Notes under the pieces: model-generated
The model's input: the letters and a program-made list of their open reading frames with translations, nothing else
Databases searched by the model: none
What the model was told of the DNA's origin: nothing
Assembly (NCBI GenBank): GCA_963665125.2
Contig: CAXXUK010000001.1
Span: forward strand, 768,001 to 832,000
Length of the DNA: 64,000 nt
Source of the DNA: an uncultured Desulfarculus sp.
GTDB lineage: Bacteria; Desulfobacterota; Desulfarculia; Desulfarculales; Desulfarculaceae
Reading direction: 5' to 3'
Part shown: one piece after another, positions 35,233 to 46,769 of the stretch
Layout of the letters: each line of letters starts with the position of its first letter
How positions within the stretch are numbered: the stretch's first letter is position 1
Translations under genes and position numbers: made by a program

Positions 35233-37776
35233 GTGAGAGAAAAAACGCTGATGCGACCAATATACATCGCCGCAATTTATCTTGTTGCGTCCGTGCTTTG
35301 GATTTTCTTTTCAGACTCCGTCGCGGCGATGCTTTCTTCCGACAAAGAAGTTCTGGTTGTGCTGGAGATGGTGAAAGGCTGGCTGTTCGTAATGGCCAGT
35401 GCGCTTTTTTTGTATTGGGCCTTATCCAGGGCCTCGGCCGTTGGCGAGCCGCGCGGCTATCGGGGGGCGATAGGGCGCGGCAATTGGTCCGAGTTGGCGG
35501 ATGAGTTCAAGGATGTCGCCTGCGCCGGTTGTGACGCTTTTTGGATCAAGGACCTTAAGAAAAACAAGATTGATTACGTAAGTCCTGGTTTCGAGGACCT
35601 ATGGAAAATTTCTAATAAAAAACTGTATGACGATCCGTCAGCGTATTTGGGGGCGGTGTATCAACAGGATTTGGATTCGGCACTCGCCGCCGCATCGGGT
35701 CTGGAAAAGGACCAGGACCAAGCCCATCAATTTCGTATCGCTTGGCCTGATGGATCAGCGCGTTGGGTCAAACTGTTTTCCGTGTTGCGATTGGATTCCA
35801 ACGGCGATCCGTCCAAATTGGCGGTCATCGCCGAAGATGTTACCGACAACCTGGAGCGGATGGACCAACTGCGCCGTCAAAGGGATCTGGCCCAAAAGTA
35901 TCTAAACGTGGCGGGAGCCATAATGGTGGCCATCGGGCGTGATGAAAAAGTCGCCATGGTCAACCCAAAGGGGTGTGAGATCCTTGGATATCCTGAAAAG
36001 GAAATCTTGGGCCGCAACTGGTTTGATTACTTTATTCCCGAGGACGAAAGAGAAAACGTCAGAGATGTATTTCATCTGATCGTCCAAGGCCAAATGGAGG
36101 CCGCTGAAAGTTATGAAAACCGGGTGATTATCAAAGGCGGCATCACCAGGATCATCGAGTGGCGCAATACCATTCTCAAGGGAGACGACGGTGGATTCGA
36201 GGCCAGCCTCAGCTATGGTGAGGACGTGACCGACAAACACCAGGCGCAACAGGGGCATCTACGGTTGATGCGGGCGGTTGAACAGGCAGCCGAAGGCATA
36301 GCTACAATCAACACCCATGGCGTGACTGATTATGTCAATCCTTCCTTTGTGGAGATCACCGGGGCTGCCGGACAGGATATGGTAGGCTGCTCCATTTTTG
36401 ATTATATCGGCCAGGACGGCCCGGGTCAGGCAGCCAATTTGCAGTTGTCCTCCCTGGCCAAGGCGGCCCGGGGGGCTTATCAAACCAAGTTCCAGAGAAC
36501 GGATTCGGATGGCCGGGAAAAAAGCCTGGAAATGACGATCTCTCCGGTGCGCCAAGACGGTCAGCGCCTGTCCGGATTTGTGGTGGTGCTACGGGATGTC
36601 ACTGACCTTCGGCGCCTGGAGAACAAGCTTCGGCAGTCGCAAAAAATGGAGGCCATCGGCACGCTGGCCGGCGGCATTGCCCACGATTTCAACAATATTC
36701 TAGGCTCCATCATAGGTTATACGGAACTGGCCGCCTGGGACATGCCCCCGGACAGCGGCCCTAAAAGGTATATGGAACAGGTGTTGATGGCGGGCGAGCG
36801 GGCCAAGGAGTTGGTCGGACAAATATTGTCATTCAGCCGTCAGGGCGAAAAAGAGCGCCGCCCCATAAAACTCACTCCGATTATCAAGGAGACGGTGAAG
36901 CTACTGCGGGCTTCGCTTCCGGCCATAATCGATATTGAGTCCAGTTTGGACAAGGAAAGCGGCTCGGTCTTGTCCGATCCGGTGCAGATTCAGCAGGTGT
37001 TGATGAACCTGGCCACCAATGCCGCCCAGGCCATTGGTGAGCAGACCGGGCACATCTCAATTTCCTTGACGGAACAACTTGTCGACCGGCAAGGCGGTGC
37101 GTTGCATCCCGAGTTGAAACCCGGCATGTATACCTTGCTTGTCGTAAGCGATACCGGCTGCGGGATTCCCAAACAAAATATTGATAAGATTTTCGACCCC
37201 TATTTTTCCACTAAAAAACCAGGGGAGGGAACCGGACTGGGCTTGGCCATGGTTCATGGGATAGTCAATAGCCACGGCGGGGTGGTCAGCGTATACAGCA
37301 AACCGGGCGATGGCACGACGTTCAAGATTTTTTTGCCCCGAATAACCACCGAGGCCGCCGAGCCGTCGGCCTATGATTACACCAACTATCATGGAAGCGA
37401 ACGGGTATTGTTGGTCGACGACGAACAGGCCCTGATCAAGGCAAATGGTGAAATGCTGGGCAAAATGGGCTACCGGGTAAGCATCTGCGCCAAGCCCGTA
37501 GAGGCCCTTGATTTGTTCAAGGCCGATCCCATGGCCTTTGATCTGGTGATAACCGACTATGCCATGCCCGTGATGAGTGGGACTGACCTGGCTAGAAGCA
37601 TGTTGGAAATCCGTCCGGATTTGCCGCTCATACTTTGCACGGGCTTCAGCGAAACCATCAGCCGGCAAGTTGCCGGAACAATGGGTTTCGGAGATTTCAT
37701 AATGAAGCCGGTGTTGGCCGGGCAATTGGCCAAATCCATCCGCAAAGTCATGGACACCCGGCGGCCGGAAAAATAA
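35233..37776 (+). CDS. Hybrid histidine kinase with three PAS domains and a receiver (start uncertain, 35176-35251)
   Basis: Two TMs, PAS repeats, AHDFNNIL, PYFSTK..GTGLGL, TDYAMP, KP. Confidence 0.92.
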   Translation: MREKTLMRPIYIAAIYLVASVLWIFFSDSVAAMLSSDKEVLVVLEMVKGWLFVMASALFLYWALSRASAVGEPRGYRGAIGRGNWSELADEFKDVACAGCDAFWIKDLKKNKIDYVSPGFEDLWKISNKKLYDDPSAYLGAVYQQDLDSALAAASGLEKDQDQAHQFRIAWPDGSARWVKLFSVLRLDSNGDPSKLAVIAEDVTDNLERMDQLRRQRDLAQKYLNVAGAIMVAIGRDEKVAMVNPKGCEILGYPEKEILGRNWFDYFIPEDERENVRDVFHLIVQGQMEAAESYENRVIIKGGITRIIEWRNTILKGDDGGFEASLSYGEDVTDKHQAQQGHLRLMRAVEQAAEGIATINTHGVTDYVNPSFVEITGAAGQDMVGCSIFDYIGQDGPGQAANLQLSSLAKAARGAYQTKFQRTDSDGREKSLEMTISPVRQDGQRLSGFVVVLRDVTDLRRLENKLRQSQKMEAIGTLAGGIAHDFNNILGSIIGYTELAAWDMPPDSGPKRYMEQVLMAGERAKELVGQILSFSRQGEKERRPIKLTPIIKETVKLLRASLPAIIDIESSLDKESGSVLSDPVQIQQVLMNLATNAAQAIGEQTGHISISLTEQLVDRQGGALHPELKPGMYTLLVVSDTGCGIPKQNIDKIFDPYFSTKKPGEGTGLGLAMVHGIVNSHGGVVSVYSKPGDGTTFKIFLPRITTEAAEPSAYDYTNYHGSERVLLVDDEQALIKANGEMLGKMGYRVSICAKPVEALDLFKADPMAFDLVITDYAMPVMSGTDLARSMLEIRPDLPLILCTGFSETISRQVAGTMGFGDFIMKPVLAGQLAKSIRKVMDTRRPEK

Positions 37777-38025
37777 TCAGGCCTTGCCGCAGCATGAGCC
37801 GGGACCGGCGCAGCCGGCGTGGCCCGGAGCTGAGCCGCAACAGGCCGTATCGCCTGGGCCGGGCAGGCCGGAGCCCTGACGGCCGGTGAGGCTGCTGGTG
37901 GGCGACATGTGCTTGGTCATGTTGGCGCCGCCGCAGTGGGGGCATTTGACGGATTCGCTATCGCTGAAAACCAACACCTCGCTCGACCGGCCACAATCAT
38001 TGCAAACAAAATCAAAAAGCGGCAT
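37777..38025 (-). CDS. FmdB-family zinc ribbon protein with a Cys-rich tail
   Basis: MPLFDFVCNDCG...CPHCG; tail CCG...C...CCG. Confidence 0.85.
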   Translation of the reverse strand: MPLFDFVCNDCGRSSEVLVFSDSESVKCPHCGGANMTKHMSPTSSLTGRQGSGLPGPGDTACCGSAPGHAGCAGPGSCCGKA

Positions 38026-38318
38026 CACTGACATCCGTTTGGTGAATCGTTTATGAATATCGCCTTGCCCTCCACCAAGGCTTCGACGATTTTGGCCCTG
38101 GCGGTTTTTACCGTACGTTGCACCGTACCCCGGCTGACGCCCATCCGCTCCCCCGCCTCTTCCTGGGTCAGACCTTCCAAATCGCAAAGCCGCATGGCTT
38201 CCAACTCGTCCGTCTCAAGAAGAGTGACGTCCACCATGTGCATCGGCACGCCTGTGGGCCGGAGGCCACGGCATTCTGTTTGACAGCCGCATTGACGGGG
38301 TTTGCGAGGTCTGGGCAT
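38025..38318 (-). CDS. DUF134 family DNA-binding protein
   Basis: MPRPRKPR, DELEAMRLCDLEGLTQEEA..MGVSRGT, ALVEGK. Confidence 0.88.
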   Translation of the reverse strand: MPRPRKPRQCGCQTECRGLRPTGVPMHMVDVTLLETDELEAMRLCDLEGLTQEEAGERMGVSRGTVQRTVKTARAKIVEALVEGKAIFINDSPNGCQ

Positions 38319-38380
38319 TTGGGCTCCGTTTTGTGTCAATGCTCAAAATTAACACGGGGCCGTCATCTGGTCAACAGATG

Positions 38381-41128
38381 CTAGGTGGGCACCACCACCG
38401 GAGGACGCAGCAGCAGGTCCACCGCTTCCCTGGCCGTGGCAGCCAGGGTGGGGTGGGTTTCGTACAACGACGCCAACTGGCGCAGGTTGTCCGAGGTGCG
38501 GTAGATCAGGGCGGCCAGATCGCCTTCGGCGCCGCCATAGAGGAACACTACGTCGTTGAAGTCCTGGCCCTGGGCCCAAGCAAACATGGCCGTGGCGGCC
38601 GGCAGGGGCATCGCCGGGGTGTCGAAGCCCCATTGGCGCAAGCGGTCCAAGAGGGGAGAAATCACCCGCAGCAGTTCGGACACGCCTTCCTTGAGGCGCT
38701 GACTGACATAGGGTGTTTCATAGTCCCTCTCCCGCTCATCGACAAACAGGGCCAATAGGGCCGACAGGAGCACGGGGTCATCGGCGGGCAGGGCCCTGTC
38801 GCGGATGGCCTGGGCTATCAGCACGGGCTGGTCCAGGCGCAGCTTGCTGGCCCACAGGCCGTCCTGAGTCAGCTTGCCCTTGGCGTCGACAAAGCCTTCG
38901 CTGCGCAGGAATTCCAGGCGTTTGACAAAGTCGTACCAAAAGGCGTGGCTTTCCTCCTGGACCTTGGACAGCAGATGCTCGGCCTTGGCCAGCAGGGGGT
39001 CCAATTCATCACCGCCCCTGAGGCAGCTTTGCTCCAACTTGCAGTCGGTGCACATCTGCTGGGAGACCTGTTCGTTGAGGTCGTTCAGTTTGGCCTGGGT
39101 GTCGGCCAACTCCCGTCCGGCCAGCATTTCCAGTTGCTCGTCGGAAAGCGGTTTGGGCTCGTCGGGTATCTGATCCAATACGGCCTGGGCCAGGGTGCGG
39201 CCTCCGCCGGACATGGGCAGGTCGATGATTTCATTAAAAACCCCGGCGATTTCGTCCAGGGGAATAAAGTCCAGCCTGGGGCGGCCCCGCTGCAGGCGGC
39301 GGTCCGGAATGAGGCTGACGGCCAATACGCCCGCTTCTTCGCCATGGCCTTCGCGCCGCAATACGGCGGCCATGGCCCCGAACATGTCCATGAACACCCG
39401 GCCCCTTTCCAGGGCGGCCCATAGCCCCTGGAGGTGGTTCATGGAGTTGAGCTCCCGGGCCAGCTTGCGGCGCAGGCTTTCCAATTGACGGCGGCGTTTG
39501 CGTCTGACAATGGCTTCTTCCGGGCCGTTGCAGTTGGAGCCGGCCAATAGCGGGGCCAGTGTGCTGAGCACCCGGCCCAGGCCGCTGTCGGCCGCCGGAG
39601 CGTCTCCCCTTTGCTCCAGGCGCTGGAAAGTGGCCAGACTGGCGCCCAGGAGTTGCTTGACCTCGGCCGGCCGCTGACTCAGCAACAGGTTGAGGACCAT
39701 GGAGAAGTTGATATGCAACTGGCTTTGGATTGGTTCGGGTTGGCCGTCAAGCAGCGAGGCCAGCAGGGTGACGTTTTGGAACGGCCCTGGAACGATCAGG
39801 GCAAAGCCGATGTTGTCCATGCCGCGGCGACCGGCCCTGCCGGTCATCTGCAATAAATCAGTGGCGCCCAGATCCACGAACTCCCGGCCGTTGAACCTGT
39901 CCGACTGGGTCACCACCACGGTGCGGGCCGGGAAGTTGACCCCTGCGGCCACGGTGGAGGTGCTGAAGATGGCCTTTAAAAGGCCCGTTTGCATCAGCCG
40001 TTCCACCAGCAGTTTCCAGTGGGGCAGGTGGCCCGCATGGTGGCTGGCCACGTGCAGCCTGCGCAGGGTGTCCAGTTGGGGGTGGCCGTCCAGGAAGGGA
40101 AAATCGGCGATGAAATCGTCGATGAAACGGTTGAGCTTATCCGATGCGTCCGGATCGATATCCAGATGAGCCGATGCCGCGAAGCCAAGGGCGCTGTCGC
40201 AATCGGCCCGGGATTTCAGGAAAAAAATGGCCGGCAGCATGTCCGCTTTTTCCAGGACCGCCAGGATGTTGGAAAACGGAGGTACGTACGATGCGGGACG
40301 TTGGCGCTGGTGCTTGCTCTCCTGTTCCAGAAAATGCTTCACCTTGCCGAATACACCCTGTCTGGTCTTCAGGGGGGTCAGTTCGCCGTCCGGGAACAGG
40401 AAAACCGGAAACAAGGGCACTGGACGGTGGTGGGTGATGACGGTTTCGCAGGAGCCGCCCCGGACAAACTCCAGCCAGCGCGATATCTGTTCGGCGTTTT
40501 CCACGGTTGCCGACAGCAGCAGCAGGCGCACCCTGGGCGGGGTGTAGATGATCACCTCTTCCCATACCACCCCGCGGTCCGGATCGCCCAGATAGTGGGC
40601 CTCATCCAGGACAATGAGGCTCGAATCGAGGTTGACCCCCCGATACATGGTGTCGTAGAGCTGGTTGCGCAGGATCTCCGTGGTGCCGACTATCAGCGGG
40701 GCCTGGGTGTTTTCCTTGCGGTCGCCGGTCAGAATGCCCACGTTCTCCGGCCCGAATATCTGGCCGAATTCGTGATACTTGGCGTTGGACAGGGCCTTGA
40801 GCGGGCTGGCGTACCAGGCCCGTTGGCCTTTTTCAAGCACCTGTCTGATGGCCTGCTCGGCGATCCAGGTCTTGCCGCTGCCGGTTGGCGCGCTGACCAC
40901 CACGTCGGCCGTTTCCAGGCGGGCGATGGCTTCGTCCTGAAATGGATCGGCACGGAATGCCTCGGCCTCGGGAACGCCGATATGCTCCAGGATGGGTTGC
41001 AGCCTCGGATTGACCCTGGGGCTGAAAACCGTTGAGGACCGGGCCGTGCGGCTGCGCGGCTGGGCTGGGGGCCTGCGTTTATAAGGTTGCTTGCCCTTGA
41101 CCTGATTTTTTGTTCTGCGTTGTGTCAA
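38381..41128 (-). CDS. Ski2/HelY-like DEAD/DEAH RNA helicase
   Basis: APTGSGKT, SPLKALSN, TTEILRN, DEAH, LSAT, HHAG, QMTGRAGRRG. TTG start after GGAG (start uncertain). Confidence 0.9.
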   Translation of the reverse strand: MTQRRTKNQVKGKQPYKRRPPAQPRSRTARSSTVFSPRVNPRLQPILEHIGVPEAEAFRADPFQDEAIARLETADVVVSAPTGSGKTWIAEQAIRQVLEKGQRAWYASPLKALSNAKYHEFGQIFGPENVGILTGDRKENTQAPLIVGTTEILRNQLYDTMYRGVNLDSSLIVLDEAHYLGDPDRGVVWEEVIIYTPPRVRLLLLSATVENAEQISRWLEFVRGGSCETVITHHRPVPLFPVFLFPDGELTPLKTRQGVFGKVKHFLEQESKHQRQRPASYVPPFSNILAVLEKADMLPAIFFLKSRADCDSALGFAASAHLDIDPDASDKLNRFIDDFIADFPFLDGHPQLDTLRRLHVASHHAGHLPHWKLLVERLMQTGLLKAIFSTSTVAAGVNFPARTVVVTQSDRFNGREFVDLGATDLLQMTGRAGRRGMDNIGFALIVPGPFQNVTLLASLLDGQPEPIQSQLHINFSMVLNLLLSQRPAEVKQLLGASLATFQRLEQRGDAPAADSGLGRVLSTLAPLLAGSNCNGPEEAIVRRKRRRQLESLRRKLARELNSMNHLQGLWAALERGRVFMDMFGAMAAVLRREGHGEEAGVLAVSLIPDRRLQRGRPRLDFIPLDEIAGVFNEIIDLPMSGGGRTLAQAVLDQIPDEPKPLSDEQLEMLAGRELADTQAKLNDLNEQVSQQMCTDCKLEQSCLRGGDELDPLLAKAEHLLSKVQEESHAFWYDFVKRLEFLRSEGFVDAKGKLTQDGLWASKLRLDQPVLIAQAIRDRALPADDPVLLSALLALFVDERERDYETPYVSQRLKEGVSELLRVISPLLDRLRQWGFDTPAMPLPAATAMFAWAQGQDFNDVVFLYGGAEGDLAALIYRTSDNLRQLASLYETHPTLAATAREAVDLLLRPPVVVPT

Positions 41129-41298
41129 CTCATTCTCCGTCGGCGCAGATGCTACACTAATTGAGCTTTTATCGCAACTTACATGATAGCACTGCAGGCG
41201 GAGCCAAAATGGAATGCCGCAAGGCCTTGGCGAGACAAAGATGGCGCACCTGAGCCAAGGCGTTACGCCGTGCTCCAGGGGTGCCTCAGTTGAAGGGG

Positions 41299-41445
41299 AA
41301 AAGCCGAAATGCAGGGGTGGCACCCCCCGTCTCCCGTCTCAACGGAAGCGGGGGGACACCGGGCGTCACCGTCCCTGGCGACTTTGCAAGGGGAGGGACG
41401 CCTCCCTGCGTCCCATGAACCGCGATACAACCAGTCGCGGTTCAC
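41299..41445 (-). ncRNA. Candidate sigma54-dependent sRNA with AGGGA hairpin loops (Csr/Rsm-like)
   Basis: Four consecutive hairpins from the predicted +1; two have AGGGA loops (GGGACGC-AGGGAG-GCGUCCC and GUCGCC-AGGGAC-GGUGAC). Confidence 0.55.
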
Positions 41446-41455
41446 ACGGATATTT

Positions 41456-41471
41456 AGCAACCGGCGTGCCA
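41456..41471 (-). promoter_or_regulatory. Sigma54 (-24/-12) promoter
   Basis: TGGCAC-GCCGG-TTGCT, a full match to TGGCAC-N5-TTGCW. Confidence 0.8.
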
Positions 41472-41629
41472 AAAACAGACGCTAGATGATGGCGGTGACA
41501 AAATTATAATAAATACAATTAGATGTGGTGTTGGCCTTTGCCGGATGAAAAGAAGGCTGCAAGTCGGTTGCCCACCAAACTAGGATTTTTTTTCCCAGGA
41601 CCCGCAGGCCGCTGGGAACCATGTTCCTC

Positions 41630-42322
41630 CTAGGCGGGGTCCTCATAGCCGCTGATGGCGTCTAGGTTGTCCTTCATGGCGATGAGTTCGGCCTCCAACT
41701 CTTGCCTGGCCAGTTCGATCTGTTCTCTGCTGAGATTCGGCAAATAGCTGCGTGGCGCGCCGAAGTCCACATACACCTTTGCAAACGGCTTGGGGATGGC
41801 GGTCTTGTCCCAGGTGCCTTTCAGGCACCAGCAGCGCCTGGCCGACCACATGACCGGCGCCAGGGGCAGGCTGGTGTGGCACGAAAGGCGGATCATGCCG
41901 TCCTTGGCCTTGTAGCGGGGGCCCCGGGGTCCGTCGGCCACCGTGCCGGCGTAACGCCTGGGGCCTCCGGTGATGTAGACGGCCATCTGGCGCAGGGCGG
42001 CCATGCCGCCGCCCGAGGAACTTCCACGCACCGGTATGCCTCCCAGGGCCTTGAGAAACCCGGACAGGATTTCGCCGTCATTGCTGCGGCTGATCATTAT
42101 TGCCGGGTGGTAGTTGCCGAAATTGCCCAGAAAGAAAATCGCCGCCCGGTGCCAGGTAAGCAACACGCCGCTTTGGCCGCGGTCAAAGAAATCCCATACC
42201 TTCGGGTCCATGTAGGTGACCCGGCAGGTCTTGAACATCAGCCATAATATGCGGCCGATGATCGTGGCGATGAGCCACAGCAGAACCCGCCCCCAGCGGC
42301 TGTTTTTATAGTCCAGGGCCAT
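41630..42322 (-). CDS. DUF374 / lysophospholipid acyltransferase family protein
   Basis: LTWH, MISRSNDGE, VRGSSSGGG, DGPRGP, WD...IPKPF. Confidence 0.88.
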   Translation of the reverse strand: MALDYKNSRWGRVLLWLIATIIGRILWLMFKTCRVTYMDPKVWDFFDRGQSGVLLTWHRAAIFFLGNFGNYHPAIMISRSNDGEILSGFLKALGGIPVRGSSSGGGMAALRQMAVYITGGPRRYAGTVADGPRGPRYKAKDGMIRLSCHTSLPLAPVMWSARRCWCLKGTWDKTAIPKPFAKVYVDFGAPRSYLPNLSREQIELARQELEAELIAMKDNLDAISGYEDPA

Positions 42323-42963
42323 TAATAGCCCAGGTCCTGGCCCACCAGGACCACATGCATTCTCTCGGCATCGGCCTGCTTGTGGATGATCACGCTGGCG
42401 TTGCAGATGCGGTCCGGGCTGTCGCAATCGTGGCATACGCCGGTGACGGCGCAGGGAGTCTTACGGCCCAGACGCTTGGCATTGGTCGGAGCGGTCATGT
42501 AGGTGATGCGTTGCAGGGCCGAATCGGTGTCCGGGCAGATCTTGTTGCAGCCGGATATCAGGATGACCTTTTTCGGGCCGAAGAGGATCGGGGCCACCCG
42601 GTTGCAGTAGGCGTCGACAAAGACCAAATGGCCGTCTTCGCTGATGCCGTTGACGCCGGAGATGAAATAGTCCGCCGTGAGCCCGGCCCGCAGGCGCTTC
42701 ATCAATTCCTCGACGCTGATGTCTTTTTCGTAACGGTCGATGAAGTTGACGTCGGCCTGGCGGACGGCGTCCAACACGCCGGTCTCGATCAGGGTCATGG
42801 AGCCGCCCACGGCCACGGTGCTGCCCGCCGGAATCATGTCCATGACGTGTTTTTTTACGTCAGACGCCTCGGCGACAAAGCTGCCGTTGATGCGGTTTTT
42901 TTTCAACGCCTCAAGGGTGGCCTTGGCCCTGGTTTCATGGAACCACTTGACGTTTTCGTCCAC
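42322..42963 (-). CDS. LUD-domain (LutC/YkgG-like) lactate utilization protein
   Basis: GGSMT, ISGVNGISEDG, NRVA...FGP, NKI, APTNA, PC..TG.C.DC.SP.RIC. Confidence 0.85.
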   Translation of the reverse strand: MDENVKWFHETRAKATLEALKKNRINGSFVAEASDVKKHVMDMIPAGSTVAVGGSMTLIETGVLDAVRQADVNFIDRYEKDISVEELMKRLRAGLTADYFISGVNGISEDGHLVFVDAYCNRVAPILFGPKKVILISGCNKICPDTDSALQRITYMTAPTNAKRLGRKTPCAVTGVCHDCDSPDRICNASVIIHKQADAERMHVVLVGQDLGY

Positions 42964-43133
42964 AATCGACCTCCGATAGGGTTTGACATTGCAGCGGGAC
43001 GTTAAATCAATACCATGGCCGGCCGCCAGGGGCCAATGACAGTTGTGCGTTTATACCCCATTTGCCGTGCAAAAACCTTGATCTAGCGTATTGACGGCCT
43101 TATGGGCTTGTGGTACATACTGGCCACGAAAAT

Positions 43134-43209
43134 TCCCCGGTAGCTCAGCTGGCAGAGCAGGTGGCTGTTAACCACCCTGTCGATGGTTCGAATCCGTCCC
43201 GGGGAGCCA
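43134..43209 (+). tRNA. tRNA-Asn (GTT)
   Basis: 76 nt cloverleaf: acceptor TCCCCGG/CCGGGGA, anticodon arm GGTGG-CTGTTAA-CCACC, T loop TTCGAAT, encoded CCA. Confidence 0.97.
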
Positions 43210-43247
43210 AAAAAGAACCACCGCTATTTGGTGGAAAAAATATCACT

Positions 43248-43290
43248 AGCATAAGCCCCAGGGTTGATTACGCCCTGGGGCTTATGCTGT
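43248..43290 (+). terminator. Hairpin/terminator after the tRNA
   Basis: AGCATAAGCCCCAGGG-N-CCCTGGGGCTTATGCT. Confidence 0.65.
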
Positions 43291-43311
43291 TGCCAACACC
43301 GCGAGAAGGCC

Positions 43312-43662
43312 ATGCGCTTGCTGCCCATTTTGATGTTGACGTTGTCGAACATCTTCATGACCTATGCCTGGTACGGCCACTTGCGGGACCTGAGGGCCAA
43401 GCCCTTGCTGGCCGTCATCGCCATCAGTTGGGGCGTGGCCTTTTTTGAATACTGCCTCCAGGTGCCGGCCAACCGCATGGGCAGCGCCTATTTCACCCTG
43501 CCGCAGCTCAAGGTTTTGCAGGAAATCCTGGCCATGGTCGTCTTCGCCGGTTTCTGCGTCTTCTACATGCGTGAAAAGATGACCTGGGATTTTCTCTGGG
43601 CCGGTCTTTGCCTGGCAGGCGCGGCCTTTTTCATGTTCCGCAACATACCCGGCGGGCAATAG
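43312..43662 (+). CDS. DMT family small membrane protein (DUF486-like)
   Basis: SNIFMTYAWYGHL, SWGVAFFEYCLQVPANR, QLKVLQE. Confidence 0.9.
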   Translation: MRLLPILMLTLSNIFMTYAWYGHLRDLRAKPLLAVIAISWGVAFFEYCLQVPANRMGSAYFTLPQLKVLQEILAMVVFAGFCVFYMREKMTWDFLWAGLCLAGAAFFMFRNIPGGQ

Positions 43663-43716
43663 GCCCGGGCGGCGTTAGACGGGCGGTGCGGCCCCTGAAA
43701 AGTCCGGCGACACTCC

Positions 43717-43745
43717 CGGATTGGGCCTGCGGCCCCAATCCGCCG
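43717..43745. repeat. Degenerate REP-like palindrome
   Basis: CGGATTGGG-CCTGCGGC-CCCAATCCG; the GCCTGCGGC core also occurs at 24307-24315. Confidence 0.45.
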
Positions 43746-43926
43746 ACACGCCCAATTGGCAATACGTTTCGCCGAAAATCTGCAATATCCATGGTTATAC
43801 AGACCAATCGGCGGGGCGCCAAACAATGTCAAATTATCCCTTTCTGCCGTGTATAATTGGAATTAAAGCGAAACCACCCGTCTTAGCGTGGCTTTTCTCT
43901 ACGGCAACCATGTGGGGCTCACGCCA

Positions 43927-45810
<1,884 letters not shown>

Positions 45811-45875
45811 AACCGCCGCTTCAGGCAGATCAATGCCCGCAGCGGCGGCGGAATGTCTTCAACCCGACGGAAGCG

Positions 45876-46769
45876 CTAAAGAGCCCGCATCCATTCCGGT
45901 TTTAATCCCACATCGCCCTTAATGGCGCTGTCGATCAATGCAAGGGTTTTTTCCTTGTCCTGGGGCAGGTAGGCCCTGATGGGCAGATAATTGCTGGCAT
46001 GGTTGGCAAAGAACAGTCCGTTGCTCAGGTCGGTGTTGGCCAGCATCACCCGCAGTTCTCCAAGCATGCCGATGGCGTCGGGCAGCTTGAATTCGCCCCG
46101 CTGATAGGCGTCGCCCATGGGCGTGCCCGGATAGAGCATCAAGGTCAGGGCGCCCACGTAATCAGGGTCCATCGCGCTGAGCAAAAGGCCGGTTTCCTTG
46201 GCGTGCTCATAGCTGCGCTCCGCTCCGCCCACTCCCAGCAGCACGGTCACCGACACCTTCATGCCCGCGGCCTTGGCCCGCTGGCCCTGCAAAATCAGCT
46301 TTTCCGGTGTGGCCCCCTTGTTAATGTCCTTCAAGACATCCCGATGGCCGCTTTCCACGCCGTAGTAGATGATCTTCAGGCCCATGTCGGCCAGCTTGCG
46401 CAGATCCTCGTCGCTCTTCAGGGCAATGCTCTTGCTGTTGGCGTATGACCCAACCCGCTCGACCCAGGGCAGCTTTTCCTTGATCTCGGTGAGCAGCCAT
46501 TCCCAGTGGCGCATGGGCATGATCATGGCGTCGCCGTCCATGATGAACACGCGGTTTTGCCGACGGCAGTGTTTTTGGGCAAAGCGGATATCCTGCTCAA
46601 GAGTTTCCCTGCTTTTTATGGCAAAGCGCTTGTCGTAATAGGTGCCGCAAAAGCCGCATTTGTTGTGGCTGCAACCGAGGGTGGCCTGAATCAGGATGGA
46701 GTAGGCCTCGCTGGGCGGGCGGATGCAGTTGCCTACATAGTCAAAGCCTTGGGGTTCGGCCAGGGCCAT
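45876..46769 (-). CDS. Radical SAM protein
   Basis: IRPPSEA.S, GCSHNKCGFC (CxxxCxxC), YYGVESG, NHASNYLP. Confidence 0.9.
   Translation of the reverse strand: MALAEPQGFDYVGNCIRPPSEAYSILIQATLGCSHNKCGFCGTYYDKRFAIKSRETLEQDIRFAQKHCRRQNRVFIMDGDAMIMPMRHWEWLLTEIKEKLPWVERVGSYANSKSIALKSDEDLRKLADMGLKIIYYGVESGHRDVLKDINKGATPEKLILQGQRAKAAGMKVSVTVLLGVGGAERSYEHAKETGLLLSAMDPDYVGALTLMLYPGTPMGDAYQRGEFKLPDAIGMLGELRVMLANTDLSNGLFFANHASNYLPIRAYLPQDKEKTLALIDSAIKGDVGLKPEWMRAL

Noticed and set aside
41129..41323. N-terminal extension of the helicase ORF to 41323
   Set aside because: No RBS at that start, it overlaps structured non-coding sequence, and a better RBS precedes TTG 41128.
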